In this document: in pieces, positions 1 to 11,669 of the stretch
Layout: each line of letters begins with the position of its first letter
Position numbering within the stretch: the stretch's first letter is position 1
Assembly: GCA_951406725.2 (NCBI GenBank)
Contig: OX597814.1
Location: 115,506,001-115,570,000 of the forward strand
Source: Octopus vulgaris
Lineage: Eukaryota
Direction: 5' to 3'
DNA: 64,000 nucleotides
The notes under the pieces: generated by a model
The model's database searches: none
Told to the model about the DNA's origin: nothing
What the model saw: the letters and a program-made list of their open reading frames with translations, nothing else
Program-made: the position numbers and the translations under genes

Positions 1-69
1 TTGGTGAAAATCCATTCACTCATTTCCCAGTAATTTTGCAAACACACAGACAAACAAAGATGAGGGGTA

Positions 70-640
70 ATGTTGATATTATATTATACCACATTGTTAT
101 ACCAAACAACATTCTTATATTCTTTAACTTTATTTTATTATGTTATATAACATTATTATATTATACAGTATCATTATATTAAATTACATTATTACATTTT
201 ATCAAATAACAATATTTGCTTCATACAACTTTGTTACATTATATAACATTATCATCATATATATAAATGATAACATTATTGAATCGAATATTCTATAACA
301 TTATTGTTTTGAATGACATATAATGTTGTACAACATTATGTATAACATTATTATATCGTATTATGCATCACTATTATATTATACAGCATTGTCGTATATT
401 ATAACACTATAATATTATAAAATATGTTATATAACATTATTATGATATATAACAATATTATGATATATAACATATTATAAACCATTATTATATTATATAA
501 CATGATGACATTATAGGACATCATTATATACTGCATAACATTTTTCATATTATATGACATTGTTATATTATATAACATTATAAAACATTGTATTATATAA
601 TGTTATATAACATTATATTATATGTCATTATTATATTCCT
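70..640. repeat. Degenerate AT-rich satellite-like tract (TATAACATTAT-type motif)
   Basis: Imperfect repeats of cattattatattatataa-like units, G-poor on the + strand. The same matrix recurs at about 5385-6960, 11940-12630, 12990-14080 and 18030-18160. Confidence 0.85.
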
Positions 641-839
641 AGCATGTTTGTTTCATCAAACATGCTGCAAAGTTTTATTAATGATAGGAAATATAGCATG
701 AACACAATGCGAGAAAACTTACATAAATGTCAGCAATTGTGTAAATGTATGTACATACATAGAACTGAAGCATTTGAACAATCAGAGACATTGTTCACAA
801 TACCCCCAACCATGTAATATATACATACATATATATATG

Positions 840-957
840 GCTTATGGCCATATCACATTGAAAGCACCAGTTATCGTCTGATCACCGAAGTTAAGCAACG
901 TCGAGCCTAGTGAGTACTTAGATGTGTAACCACTTGGAAAGCCTAGGTGCTGTAAGC
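840..957 (+). pseudogene. 5S rRNA pseudogene, full length and diverged
   Basis: GCTTATGGCCATATCACATTGAAAGCACCAGTTATCGTCTGATCACCGAAGTTAAGCAACGTCGAGCCTAGTGAGTACTTAGATG...GGTGCTGTAAGC is colinear with metazoan 5S rRNA. It has complementary ends (GCTTAT/GTAAGC), substitutions in the box C region and a T-run about 10 nt downstream. Confidence 0.88.
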
Positions 958-974
958 GTGTCACACTTTTATAG

Positions 975-1367
975 GTACAGGGGTGGCTGTCTGGTAAGAT
1001 GCTTGCTTCCCAACCACATGGTTCCAGGTTCAATCTCACTGTGTGGCATCTTGAGCAAGTGTCTTCTACTATAGACTTGGGCCGACCAAATCCTTGTGAG
1101 TGGATTAGGTAGACAGAAACTGAAAGAAGCTTGTCATATGAATATGTATATGCATGTGTGTGTGTGTGTATGCTTGTATACCTGTGCTTGTCCCTCCAAC
1201 ATTGCTTGACAATGCTGGTGTGTTTACGACCCCATAACCTAGCAGTTTGGCAAAAGAGACAGACAGAATAAGTACTAAGCTTACAAAGAATAAGTTCTGG
1301 GGTTGATTTGCTCAACTAAAGGCAGTGCTCCAGCATGGCCACACTCAAATGACTGAAACAAATAAAA

Positions 1368-1370
<3 letters not shown>
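975..1370 (+). mobile_element. tRNA-derived SINE, family 1
   Basis: GGCTGT(C/G)TGGTAAG A-box-like head, GGTTCAATCTC B-box-like motif, internal (TG/TA)n and GAAACAAATAAAAGA tail; many copies in the window. Confidence 0.8.
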
Positions 1371-1414
<44 letters not shown>

Positions 1415-1415
<1 letters not shown>

Positions 1416-1650
1416 AACTTCCACTTTTCCCTGCTCACAAGGATCAGACAGATCTAGTACAGCCAGATGCTCTTCTTGTTACTAACCCTCACCTGTTCCC
1501 AAGTAAGGTAATGCTTCACGATGCCTAGACAAGAATACATGGAAGATTAGAACTAAAAGAACCCCTCTTGCATGACAGTGACACTCGCTTACAGCTATTA
1601 CCTGATATCTCCTGAGGTAAGGAGAGAATGAAAGAAACACACACATACAT
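1415..1650. repeat. Dispersed repeat island B, multicopy
   Basis: ACCTGTTCCCAAGTAAGGTAATG...GACAGTGACACTCGCTTACAGCTATT recurs at about 9175-9335, 11325-11490 and 14680-14910. Confidence 0.75.
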
Positions 1651-2088
1651 GTATATATATATATACATATATATGTATATATTACATGGATGTAAAACAA
1701 ACCAGCACCAGATGTCAAGAAGTGGTGGGGGAGAAACACAAGCACAGAGACTCACACACACACACGTGTATATACATATATATATATATGTGTGTGTATG
1801 CGTATATATATATATATATATATGTGTATGTATGTATATATGTATGTATACAATGGGCTTCCTTCAGTTTCCATCTATCAAATCCACTCACAAAGTTTTG
1901 GTAGGCCCAGGGCTATAGTAGAAGACACTTACCCACAGTGTCACAAGGTGGGATTGAACCGAGAACTGTGTGGTTGAGCAGCTTCTTAACACAGCCAAAT
2001 CTACGACACATACACACACACACTCTCTCTCTCTCTCTCTCTCTCTCCCTCCCTCCCTCTCTCCCTCTCTCTCTCCCTCCCTCTCTCC

Positions 2089-2125
<37 letters not shown>

Positions 2126-2159
2126 TAACACACACACACACACATGTATACATTCATGA

Positions 2160-5117
2160 CCTCATCTTTACAGCTGGAGATTTTAATGGGCATGTCCGAC
2201 AGCAATCTGGTATATTCCATGGTGTTCACGGGGGCCATGGAATTGGTTCCCAAAATGAAGAGGTAACTAGGCAACTGGAGCTCTGTGATGCAAGCAACCT
2301 ATTAATCTGCAACACCAGCTTCAGGAAGCCAGACAATCACCTGATAACCTATCAATCAGGTGAATCTGCTAGCCAGATTGATTTCATACTCACTTGACAG
2401 TGGGATGCATGGTTGCTCTTAAACACAAAGACCCTCCCTGGTGAAGAATGTACCCCTCCCCCTCCCCCAGCATAGACTAGTCATTAGAGACTATAGACTC
2501 AAGGCCAGAAAGATGCCAAGAAGCAGACCAATCCAGAAAAGAAGGACTTGGAAGCTAAAGAACCCTTCACATGATCAAAGATTTAGGGACATCCTCATTG
2601 AAAAATTTGAAGAGAAGGAGGAGAAGCTACAGATTTGTGATATAGAGGGTAACTGGAAATTCCTATGTGACAGCTTACTGAACACCACAGACCAAATCTG
2701 CAGCTAGTGCAAAGTCCCTTCCAGACCTAGGGTAATATGGTGGAATAATACAGTAGACAAGGCCATTAGAGCAAAGAAACAGATCTGGAAAACCTGGAAG
2801 AGTAGGGTGGGGTACAAGGAACTGTACCAAACAGCCAGAAGGGAGGCTGGGAGACAGGTATATATAGCCAAGGGAGGAGCAGAAAAAACGTTTGCCAACG
2901 TTCAGCAATATGAGGACCAAAGAAATGAAGTATTTCGGATTGCAAGACAGTGTGTGAGAGAAAATTATGATGTTACAGGAGAGAAATGGGTACGCATGGA
3001 TGATGGTGCACTTGCTTTTAATGATTCTGCAAAGAAAGAGACTTAGAGATGCCAATATGAAGGGCTGCTGAATATGGAGAATGAATGGGAGGAGGAGAGC
3101 CTGCCAAATGTTGACCCAGTTGAGGGACCAGCTACCTGAATCGATAGCACCCTGGTAGATGAATCAATTAAGGATATGAAGTTAGGAAAAGCTCCCAGCC
3201 CATCAAGAATCACTACTGAGATGCTTAAAATATCTGGTGGTGTGGATTATGGTCTAGTTACCCGTATTGTAAACCAGGTAGTTCATAATGGAGTCATACC
3301 CAATGACTGGCATAGCAGCACCATAATCAACAGCTATAAAGGCAAAGGTGATGCTTTAGATAGAAGTAACTATCAAACTGCTGGATCAAGTGTTGAAGGT
3401 CATGGAGAGGGTCATAGCCCAACTAGTTAGGGAGAGAGTCTGCTTAGATGAGATGCAGTTCGATTTTATGCCAGGTAGAAGCATCTCTAATGCTATACTC
3501 CTGGTAAGGCAACTGCAGGAGAAATACCTAGGCAAAGATAAACCCCTATACTTGGCTTTTGTTGACCTGGAGAAAGCCTTTGACAGGGTCCCCAAATCCC
3601 TTATCTGGTGGGTGATGTGGAAACTAGGGATAGATGGGTGGTTAATAAGAGCTGTACAGGGATGTTGTCAGTAAGGTAAGGGTCAACGAGTATAGTGAAG
3701 AATTCCAGATAGAAGTAGGGGCTCACCAAGGATCAGCCCTCAGCCCCTTCTTATTTATCATAGTCCTCCAGGCAATAACAGAGGAATTTAAGACAGGATG
3801 ACCCTGGGCGCTCCTCTATGCTGATGATCTTGCTCTCATAGCTGAACCACTACCAGAACTAGAGAAGAATTTTCAGGTGTGGAAGCAAGGTCTAGAATCG
3901 AAGGGCTTTAGAGTCAATCTAGCAAAAACAAAAGTCCTAGTAAGTAGGAAGACGAACAAATCACAAACCCCTTCAGGTAGATGGCGCTGCTCGATCTGTA
4001 GAAAAGGTAGAGGTAGAAACTCCATAAAATGTACCCAGTGTAAGCTACTGACACATAAGAAGTGCAGCAACATCAAAGGAAGGTTAACTGGGATGATAGC
4101 TTTTGCGTGCGGGAGATGCAGAGGGACAATAAACACCAAAGATGCTCAGAAAACAGATTCCATCACATGCCAAGGCAAAAAACTAGAAGTTGATAGCTTC
4201 TGCTACCTAGGTGACCAAGTCTGCAGTGGGGATGGATGGTCAGAGAGTATTGTCGCTAGAATAAGAATAGCCAGGGCAAAGTTCGGAAAGCTCCTACCTC
4301 TACTGGTGACAAAAGGTCTCTCACTCAGAGTGAAGGGTAGACTGTATGATGCATGTGTGCATACTGCCATGCTGCATGACAGTGTAACATGGGCCATGAC
4401 TGTGCGTATGGATGAAGAGAGCTGTGTGAAGAAGTGTCACTCACTCACAGTGGAAGGAACCCATGGAAGAGGGAGACCCAGGAAGACATGGGATGAAGTG
4501 GTAAAGTACAGCCTTCGAACGTTGGGCCTCGCAGAGGCAATGTCAAGAAACTGAGACCTCTGGAGACAAGCTGTGATTGAGAAGACCCGGCAGGTAAAAA
4601 GAGATGACAGCCATAGCCTATACCAGTATTGCATAACCAACCCATTTAAAAAGTACCTTTGAACTGTCAGGTGACATGCTGTGCTTAAGGAAACCTATTG
4701 AGTCAAGTAAAATCTAAAATCAAAATCAAAATCATGAACAGAATCTCAATCAAATCGAAATCAAAAATGGAAATTGTAGTTGTGGCTGATGCTAGTGCCA
4801 CCTGACTGGCTCCTGTACTGGTGGCATGCAATAAGCACCATTCATGCATGGGTTGTTGCCAGTGCTGCCTTACTGGCTCCCTGTGCTGGTGGCACATAAA
4901 AAGCACCATCTGAATGTGGCTGATGTCAGTGCCACCTGACTGTCTCCTGTGCTCATGGCACATAAAAAGCACCCACTGGCATAAGGAAGGGCATCCAGCT
5001 ATAGAAACATTGCCAGATCAGACTGGAGCCTGGTACAGCCTTCTGGCTTGCCAGTCCCCAGTCAAACCGTCCAACACATGCCAGCAGGGAAAGCAGACAT
5101 TAAATGATGATGATGAT
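2160..5117 (+). mobile_element. RTE-clade LINE, 5'-truncated and degraded (APE C-terminus, RT, PHD-like finger, 3' UTR)
   Basis: Reads AGDFNGHV and QHRLV (APE), KGKGDALDRSNY, FVDLEKAFDRVP, YADD (3817-3828), then GRGRPRKTW. It contains stops and frameshifts, and the 3' UTR ends in a (GAT)n tail. Confidence 0.93.
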
Positions 5118-5141
5118 TTATACCTGTGCATACATATGCAT

Positions 5142-5173
<32 letters not shown>

Positions 5174-5177
5174 GAGG

Positions 5178-5209
<32 letters not shown>

Positions 5210-5444
5210 CAGAAATTGATAAAAATAATTTATGGATCTACAGCAATATGCAGATTAAAGTACCAGTGACGTCAGAGTCCACTATGCATCACCCACAATT
5301 AGTGTCTCTGTCTGTCACTCCCATAACATTTCTTGATTTAGCTTCCCTCTAGGAGCATGACTGACAGGACACACTCTGCGTTAACATTGTTATATAATGT
5401 TATACAACATTATATATTATGTAACAGTGTTGCATTATATAATG

Positions 5445-5630
5445 GGGAGAATTCACAAAAAAACAAAAGACAAAGAGAGGTGGTGTAAATAACAAACAGA
5501 TGTATTAGTTTAACACTCAGGAAGTGAAAAAGTCTTTGACGTTTCGAACCAATGCCCTTCCAGAGAAAGGAACACAGAAAGAAACAAGGAGAGAAAATAA
5601 AGAATGTGTAGTGGCTAGCGATCTATCATA
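5445..5630 (-). mobile_element. Penelope-derived non-autonomous repeat with degenerate hammerhead motif
   Basis: Minus strand reads cttt-CTCTGGA-A-GGGC-attg-GTTC-GAAAC-GTC-aaag; the same family occurs at 15485-15662 on +. Confidence 0.55.
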
Positions 5631-6969
5631 GTATTTTATATAATATTATCGTAAAAATTATTGTGTAGCCTTATTGTATGATATTGTGTAACATTATGTT
5701 ATTACCATTTATATTATGTTTACATAATGGTATATAACATTATAATATTCTATAATATTTTATATTATGCAGCATTGTATAACATTATGATATATGATAA
5801 AGTATTACTATATGAGACAGTTTTATTATATAAAATGATGATTTATATTATACAACATTGTTATACCATATTCTATAACATATAATGTTGTTATATAATT
5901 ATATAACATTATTATATCAAATATCATTATTATATATTATTATATAACAATATTTGATTTATACAATTTTGTTATACTATATAATATTACTATGTTATAT
6001 GATATGGTAACATTATATAACTTTATTATATAACATTAATGTATTGTATATCATTATATAGTGCTGTGTAGCATTTTGTATAACATTATTACATCATATT
6101 ATGGACATTATTATATTATTATCATTATTATATAACACCACATTGTTATATAATATTATCATGTGATTATTATATAACATCAGTATGTAATGTCATTTGA
6201 CATTATATACCATTTTTATATTATATTACATTATTGTACAATGTTATATATCATTATTATATCGTATATTATCTTGAAATTATATTATACAACATTGTTT
6301 TAATACACAACAGCATTTTATTATATAACATTATATTATATAACAGTACCACATTATAAAATTTTGTTATATTATCTAACGCTATCATTCTACCTTATTA
6401 TATAACATCATCATATAACATATTATTATATAACACTATCATTTTACCTTATTATATAACATCATCATATAACATATTATTATATAACAAAAGTATACAA
6501 TGTTTTGTTTTTGGAGTCAAAGCTATTGAAAAGGTTGCAAGACGCAACAAAAATTTTAGGACAATAAAAATAAGGAAAAAAAGTGGAAATTTTACCGGTG
6601 AGTGTGTTGAATTATAAGGCACAAAAAGAAAATGACTCGCCCCAGACACAACAGTATACAATGTTGCTATATTATATAACATTATTATACTATATAGCAT
6701 TGCTACATTATATAGCATAATTACATTATACAATATTAATATATTATACAATACTGTTATATTTATAAAACTATTGTATAAAAATAGCATTATTATATTA
6801 TACAATATATTTATATTATATGAAATTATTGTATTAAATACCAGTATAATGTCATACAACATTATTATAATGTATAACATTATTATATTGCGTGACCTTA
6901 TTATATTATATAACAATATTATATTACGTTAAATAACATTATTACATTATATAATATTATTGTGTTATA

Positions 6970-7300
6970 CACAATCGTCTCAGACAGTTTCTCATTTCAT
7001 ACAGTGTCCCTCCCAATTGGTTGGAGCCCCTGGCTGTTAATCAGAAGATATAGAGGCTTGTGTGTGATGCTGGAGTGGAGCACTTTGAATTCAAATGCAG
7101 GAAACTGCACGAAGAAAGGAGATGAGCTCTACATCAACCTTTTGTGGCTGTTGTTCAGTGCCACAGGATCTTCCTATCTTGTGTTGGCCTTCTTGACCAT
7201 GTCTGCTCTTATAAGAAAGAAGCTTCCAAAGGCAGAAGAGGATGAATGTCTTGCATTGAGACTGTCATCAACTTTTACGGGCTGTCATAAGCAGTAAGTA
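6970..7300 (+). mobile_element. Old RTE (BovB-like) LINE 3' fragment, island D
   Basis: The paralog at 12630-12970 translates IPPDGLEPLAVNQKIWRPMCDTGVKHFESKGRRLNEERR and then IGLLGHV, resembling the RTE C-terminus (WE.LA.DR..WR...G...FE...RIGL.SH). Confidence 0.6.
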
Positions 7301-7329
7301 AGCATGTTATACAGCATTATTATATTATA

Positions 7330-8510
7330 CTCAACTGCCCATGACCCGTTGGACCACCAATAGATCAAGGTACCCAGAAAAACCGTGTCACTTTTCCACT
7401 CTTCCGCCAGACACTCAGCCCTTGCTATATCAGTCTCATCAACCCTTCTATTCACATGCCTGTCCTGGTCTTGGGTAAATATTTCCTAAAGGATCCATTC
7501 ATACTTCGGTGTGAAATAATTTTTTCAACAAGTTTTGTCGAGTGCATTCAATGTATCTCACCTCCAAACCCACTGCAAACCACTTTCTTCCTGAAAAGAA
7601 AGGGGAGAAGAGTTGTGGGGACTTTGAAGTTTCCCAGGAAACTCTGAGTTTTTTTCTTTTCCAGGTTATTTCACATGCTTTCAACAAACGTGACATCAAA
7701 ATCAAATGTAAATGGCTCCTTTCCCAAGAAAAGGAAAAATTTGGCTGCTATTTCCTGCATGCCCTACTACCACATAACAACTATTTGGGGTCCTTAATTG
7801 CAAATAGCTGTTATTGCAAATAGCAAGTAGCAGGGCATGCTAGAAGTAGCAGCCAAATCTTTGGAGGTGAAATAGGTTGGATGCACTCAAAAAACATCTA
7901 TAGAAAAAATTATTTCACACCAAGATTACAAGTGGGTCTTTTACAAAATATTTACGATATTTTAAGTCATTTTCAATTTCAAATAATTTTTAAATATGCC
8001 AAACAAATTTTTCTAATGGTATTCACTTGAAAATATTTTAAAATAACATTAAAACATTGTCTGTTTAAAGAAAGCTAAAATATAAATACTTACTGTACAA
8101 ACAACTTACATTTTTGAAATCACATTCACTTAAAAATATTTCTAAATTATTAAAATATTGTATTTAACAAAAGCAAAAGTAGAAACATTTACTGTAAAAA
8201 AAAACTCATATTTTTCGTTGTCAAGTTAGTAATGTATCTAATCAAAAGGTTTGAGTTTCTTCCCTTTCAGGGTTAAGTTATTTTCAGAGTATTTTCCCAT
8301 TATGTACCGTTTTGGGTATTTATACCCCAAAAACCCCTAATATCTCAACAACTAGTTGTCCGATTTATGTGAAACTTGTTTTATTCTGTTTGTATTCACA
8401 TTTTAGGGGAAACCTTAATTTATAGTATTTCCCCATTATGAGCCAGGTTGGCTGGGTAACATTGCAAGCAAGCCAGCAAGATTGAACTTCATTTTTAATG
8501 TATTATAGAT
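7330..8510. mobile_element. Probable Helitron-like or non-autonomous DNA element remnant
   Basis: Non-satellite insert interrupting the AT-rich matrix, with an AAC..CCC..GACCCG start and a TATTATAGAT end. Confidence 0.3.
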
Positions 8511-8559
8511 AACAATATTATATAACAGCATTATATTTCTCAAGTTTAACACAAAATTT

Positions 8560-8785
8560 CACATTGGCTCTTTGTTCCAACTTTCTGCTCATGACAGAAA
8601 TCACAGACTACAGTATACACGTGATCACAAAAAACACAAATTCCACAATGTGTGAAGTAAAAGCAAAGCAATATCACTCAGCACACTGCTGCATGAAGGT
8701 CACTCCTAGCTCTCACTGTATACACAAATGTGAGCTGCCATCTGTTGGCACGCTACTGAATAAGTCAAGGCACCTTATGATATAT
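8560..8785 (-). mobile_element. Tc1/mariner 5' end fragment
   Basis: Minus strand CCAACAGATGGCAGC matches the subterminal motif of the mariner relic at about 24385. Confidence 0.4.
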
Positions 8786-9339
8786 AAGACATAGATATAT
8801 AAATGCTATGTGAATGACATTTGAAAACAAAATAATTTAATAACTCAGTTTCATATATTTGTGTGTGTGTGTGTGTGTGTGTGTGAAAGTGATGTAAGAA
8901 ATATCATTTACAATAAACATTTGCAGTTTCATTTTGATTAAAATACCAGGAACTTCAGAGTTAACTATGCATCTCCCACATGCAGGGTCATTGACTGTCA
9001 CTCCCCTTCTATTTCCTGATTCGACTTTCGTCTAGGAATGTGAATGATAGATTACATAATGCATTTTATCATATGTAAGATATAACGTTTACTTTATGTA
9101 GCATTATTATATGATATTATATAACACTGTATTATATAAGAGTGTTGTATTGTATAACCTTACTATATAACATTCCAGTCACCATCACCTGTTTCCAATT
9201 AAGGTAATGTTTTACCATGCCTAGACAAAAATACGTGGAAGATTAAAAACAAAGAACACCTCTGGTATGACAGTGACACTTGCTTACAGCTATTGCCTTA
9301 TGTCATAGTAAGGAGAGACTGAAAGAAACACACACAGAT

Positions 9340-9388
<49 letters not shown>

Positions 9389-9404
9389 CATACACACACA
9401 CGGG

Positions 9405-9612
9405 TCCACCAGGGTTCAGTACTCAGCCCCCTCCTATTTATCATAGTACTCCAGGCAATTACGGAGGAATTCAAGACAGACTGTCCCTGGGAGCTCCTCT
9501 ACGCTGACGACCTTGCTCTTATTGCTGAGTCACTATCAGAACTGGAGGAGAAGTTCCAGGTGTGGAAGGAGGGTTTAGAATCAAGGGGCCTTAGAGTCAA
9601 CCTAGCTAAAAC
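9405..9612 (+). mobile_element. RTE RT fragment
   Basis: GVHQGSVLSPLLFIIVLQAITEEFKT.CPWELLYADDLALIAES. Confidence 0.85.
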
Positions 9613-9845
9613 ATGTACATATAGATGTGCATATTTTTTCCTTGTTAAAAATTAACACAGAAAAAATAGTTCATATAAGTGATATCTATCATTATATATA
9701 ATTTAAACATTAATTTTATTCTTGCATCTCACATTCACTAGATATATCTTTTTCAAAGACTATAGGGTTTTATTTAATATACATATCGTTGTGAGAAGCA
9801 GGCAGAACCATTGGTGTGTCAGACAAAATGCTTAGCAAAATGTGA

Positions 9846-10255
9846 CGCGCAGGAGTGGCTGTGTGGTAAGTAGCTTGTTTACCAGCCACATGGTTCCGGG
9901 TTCAGTCCCACTGTGTGGCATCTTGGACAAGTGTCTTCTACTATAGCCTCAGGCTGACCAAAGCCTTGTGAGTGGATTTGGTAGACGGAAACTGAAAGAA
10001 GCCTGTCGTATATATGTATATATATACATATGTATGTGTGTGTTTGTGAGTCTGTGTTTATCCCCCTAGCATTGCTTGACAACCGATGCTGTGGTGTTTA
10101 TGTCCCAGTTACTTAGCGGTTCGGCAAAAGGGACCAATAGAATAAGTACTAGGCATACAAAGAATAAGTCCTGGGGTCGAGTTGCTCGATTTAAGGCGGT
10201 GCTCCAGCATGGCCGCAGTCAAATGACTGAAACAACTAAAAGAGTAAAAGAGAGA
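9846..10255 (+). mobile_element. tRNA-derived SINE, family 1, full length
   Basis: CGCAGGAGTGGCTGTGTGGTAAG...GGTTCAGTCCC...AAATGACTGAAACAA. Confidence 0.85.
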
Positions 10256-10445
10256 GAGTTACATTGTGAGTTCAAATCCTGCCGAGGCTGACTCTGCCTT
10301 TCATCCTTATATACTTCTCATTTATTTGGTTGTTTTTCTTTCCTTTACCCCTCCTCTTTCTATAGGCTACTTTGACGTTATATCCTCTAACATTTTTTAA
10401 AACTAACTTTGTTAAAATGTCTTATTGAAGAGTTTCATTTCTTCA

Positions 10446-10532
10446 TTTCCCTGAAGAGAAGATTACATTGTTTTATACCATTTTATTCCTTTGGAATAAT
10501 ACCAGTGATATCTTTGAAACATGTGTCGGAAG
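10446..10532 (+). ncRNA. Type I hammerhead ribozyme motif (Penelope-type)
   Basis: tttcc-CTGAAGA-gaagat...atcttt-GAAAC-ATGT-GTC-ggaag; stem I TTCC/GGAA and GUC cleavage triplet. Confidence 0.75.
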
Positions 10533-10596
10533 TAAAAGAATTTGAATAACACCAGCGTTTAACTCCATTTATTTATATATATATTTACATTTATAT

Positions 10597-10895
10597 CACC
10601 ATGACCGACCAGGCTATCAGATATTACTACACATCGCTGGTCACAATGTGCTTAGCATTGTTTTAGCCTTCAAATGACGCCACTGGCTAAGGGAGCAGGC
10701 CAACAGAAGAAAGAGTAAGAGAAAGTTGTGGCGAAAGAGTACGGCAGGAGTCGCCACCCCCACCCCCCTACCGGAGCCTCGTGGAAATTTAGGTGTTTTC
10801 GCTCAATAAACACTTACAACGTTCGGTCTGGGAATCAAAACCATGATCCTACAACCGCGAGTCCGCTGCCCTAACCACTGGGCCATTGTGCCTCC
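10597..10895 (-). mobile_element. tRNA-derived SINE, family 3
   Basis: Minus strand GGAGGCACAATGGCCCAGTGGTTAGGGCAGCGGACTCGCGG tRNA-like head. Confidence 0.8.
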
Positions 10896-10930
10896 ATATA
10901 TTTATATATATACATATATACATATATATA

Positions 10931-11270
10931 TGTAGTGACGTCATGTTCCAGTGTGCGCACACGCAACGTCATTCTTCAGTGTGCGTGTGCGGAGCGTCCT
11001 TCTTTAGTGTGCGTGTGCGGGGTTGGAACCTTCTGGAACCTTCTGGAAAGGCATAAGGAAGTTCCCTCATGCACATGCGCTAGAGACTGAAGAAGAAATT
11101 CTATAGTGTTCCTTAATAGCGTCGGGGACTTGAGACACGGCGATAGAAGATAAAGGACGTATTTTCATACGTGTGATCAGCCTATTCTCCTGTCCCAGAC
11201 GCTTAGGATTTAACCTGTTCTATTGCTGCTGAATTGTTGTAAGAAGCTTACAAACGTTAGAATTCACCTA
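10931..11270 (+). mobile_element. Possible LTR fragment
   Basis: Starts TGTAGTGACGTCA right after (TA)n; CpG-rich; three imperfect 27-28-bp internal repeats; no partner LTR. Confidence 0.35.
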
Positions 11271-11494
11271 TTATATAACATTATATTATATAAATGTAAT
11301 ATATTATATAACCTTATATAACATTCTTGTCACCAACTATCACCTGTTTCCAAGTAAGGTAATGTTTTATCATTCCTAGACATGAATACCTGAAAAATTA
11401 GAAACAAAGAATGCCTCCGGCGTGACTGTGACACTCACGGCTATTGCCTGATGTCATGATAAGGAGATACTGAAAGAAACACAAATATGCATAG

Positions 11495-11544
<50 letters not shown>

Positions 11545-11619
11545 ATGTTTGTGTATACATATCAACATAAATATATGAAATATATTTATGAATGTATATA
11601 TATATATATATACATACTT

Positions 11620-11669
<50 letters not shown>

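Noticed and set aside
4955-5010. Possible twister or pistol ribozyme near the AGGAAGGGCATCCAGC motif
   Set aside because: The conserved catalytic nucleotides of either class could not be placed.
6962-7297. 111-aa ORF with splice-like flanks, possibly a duplicated exon
   Set aside because: The frame is not conserved in the paralog, and another frame resembles an RTE C-terminus.
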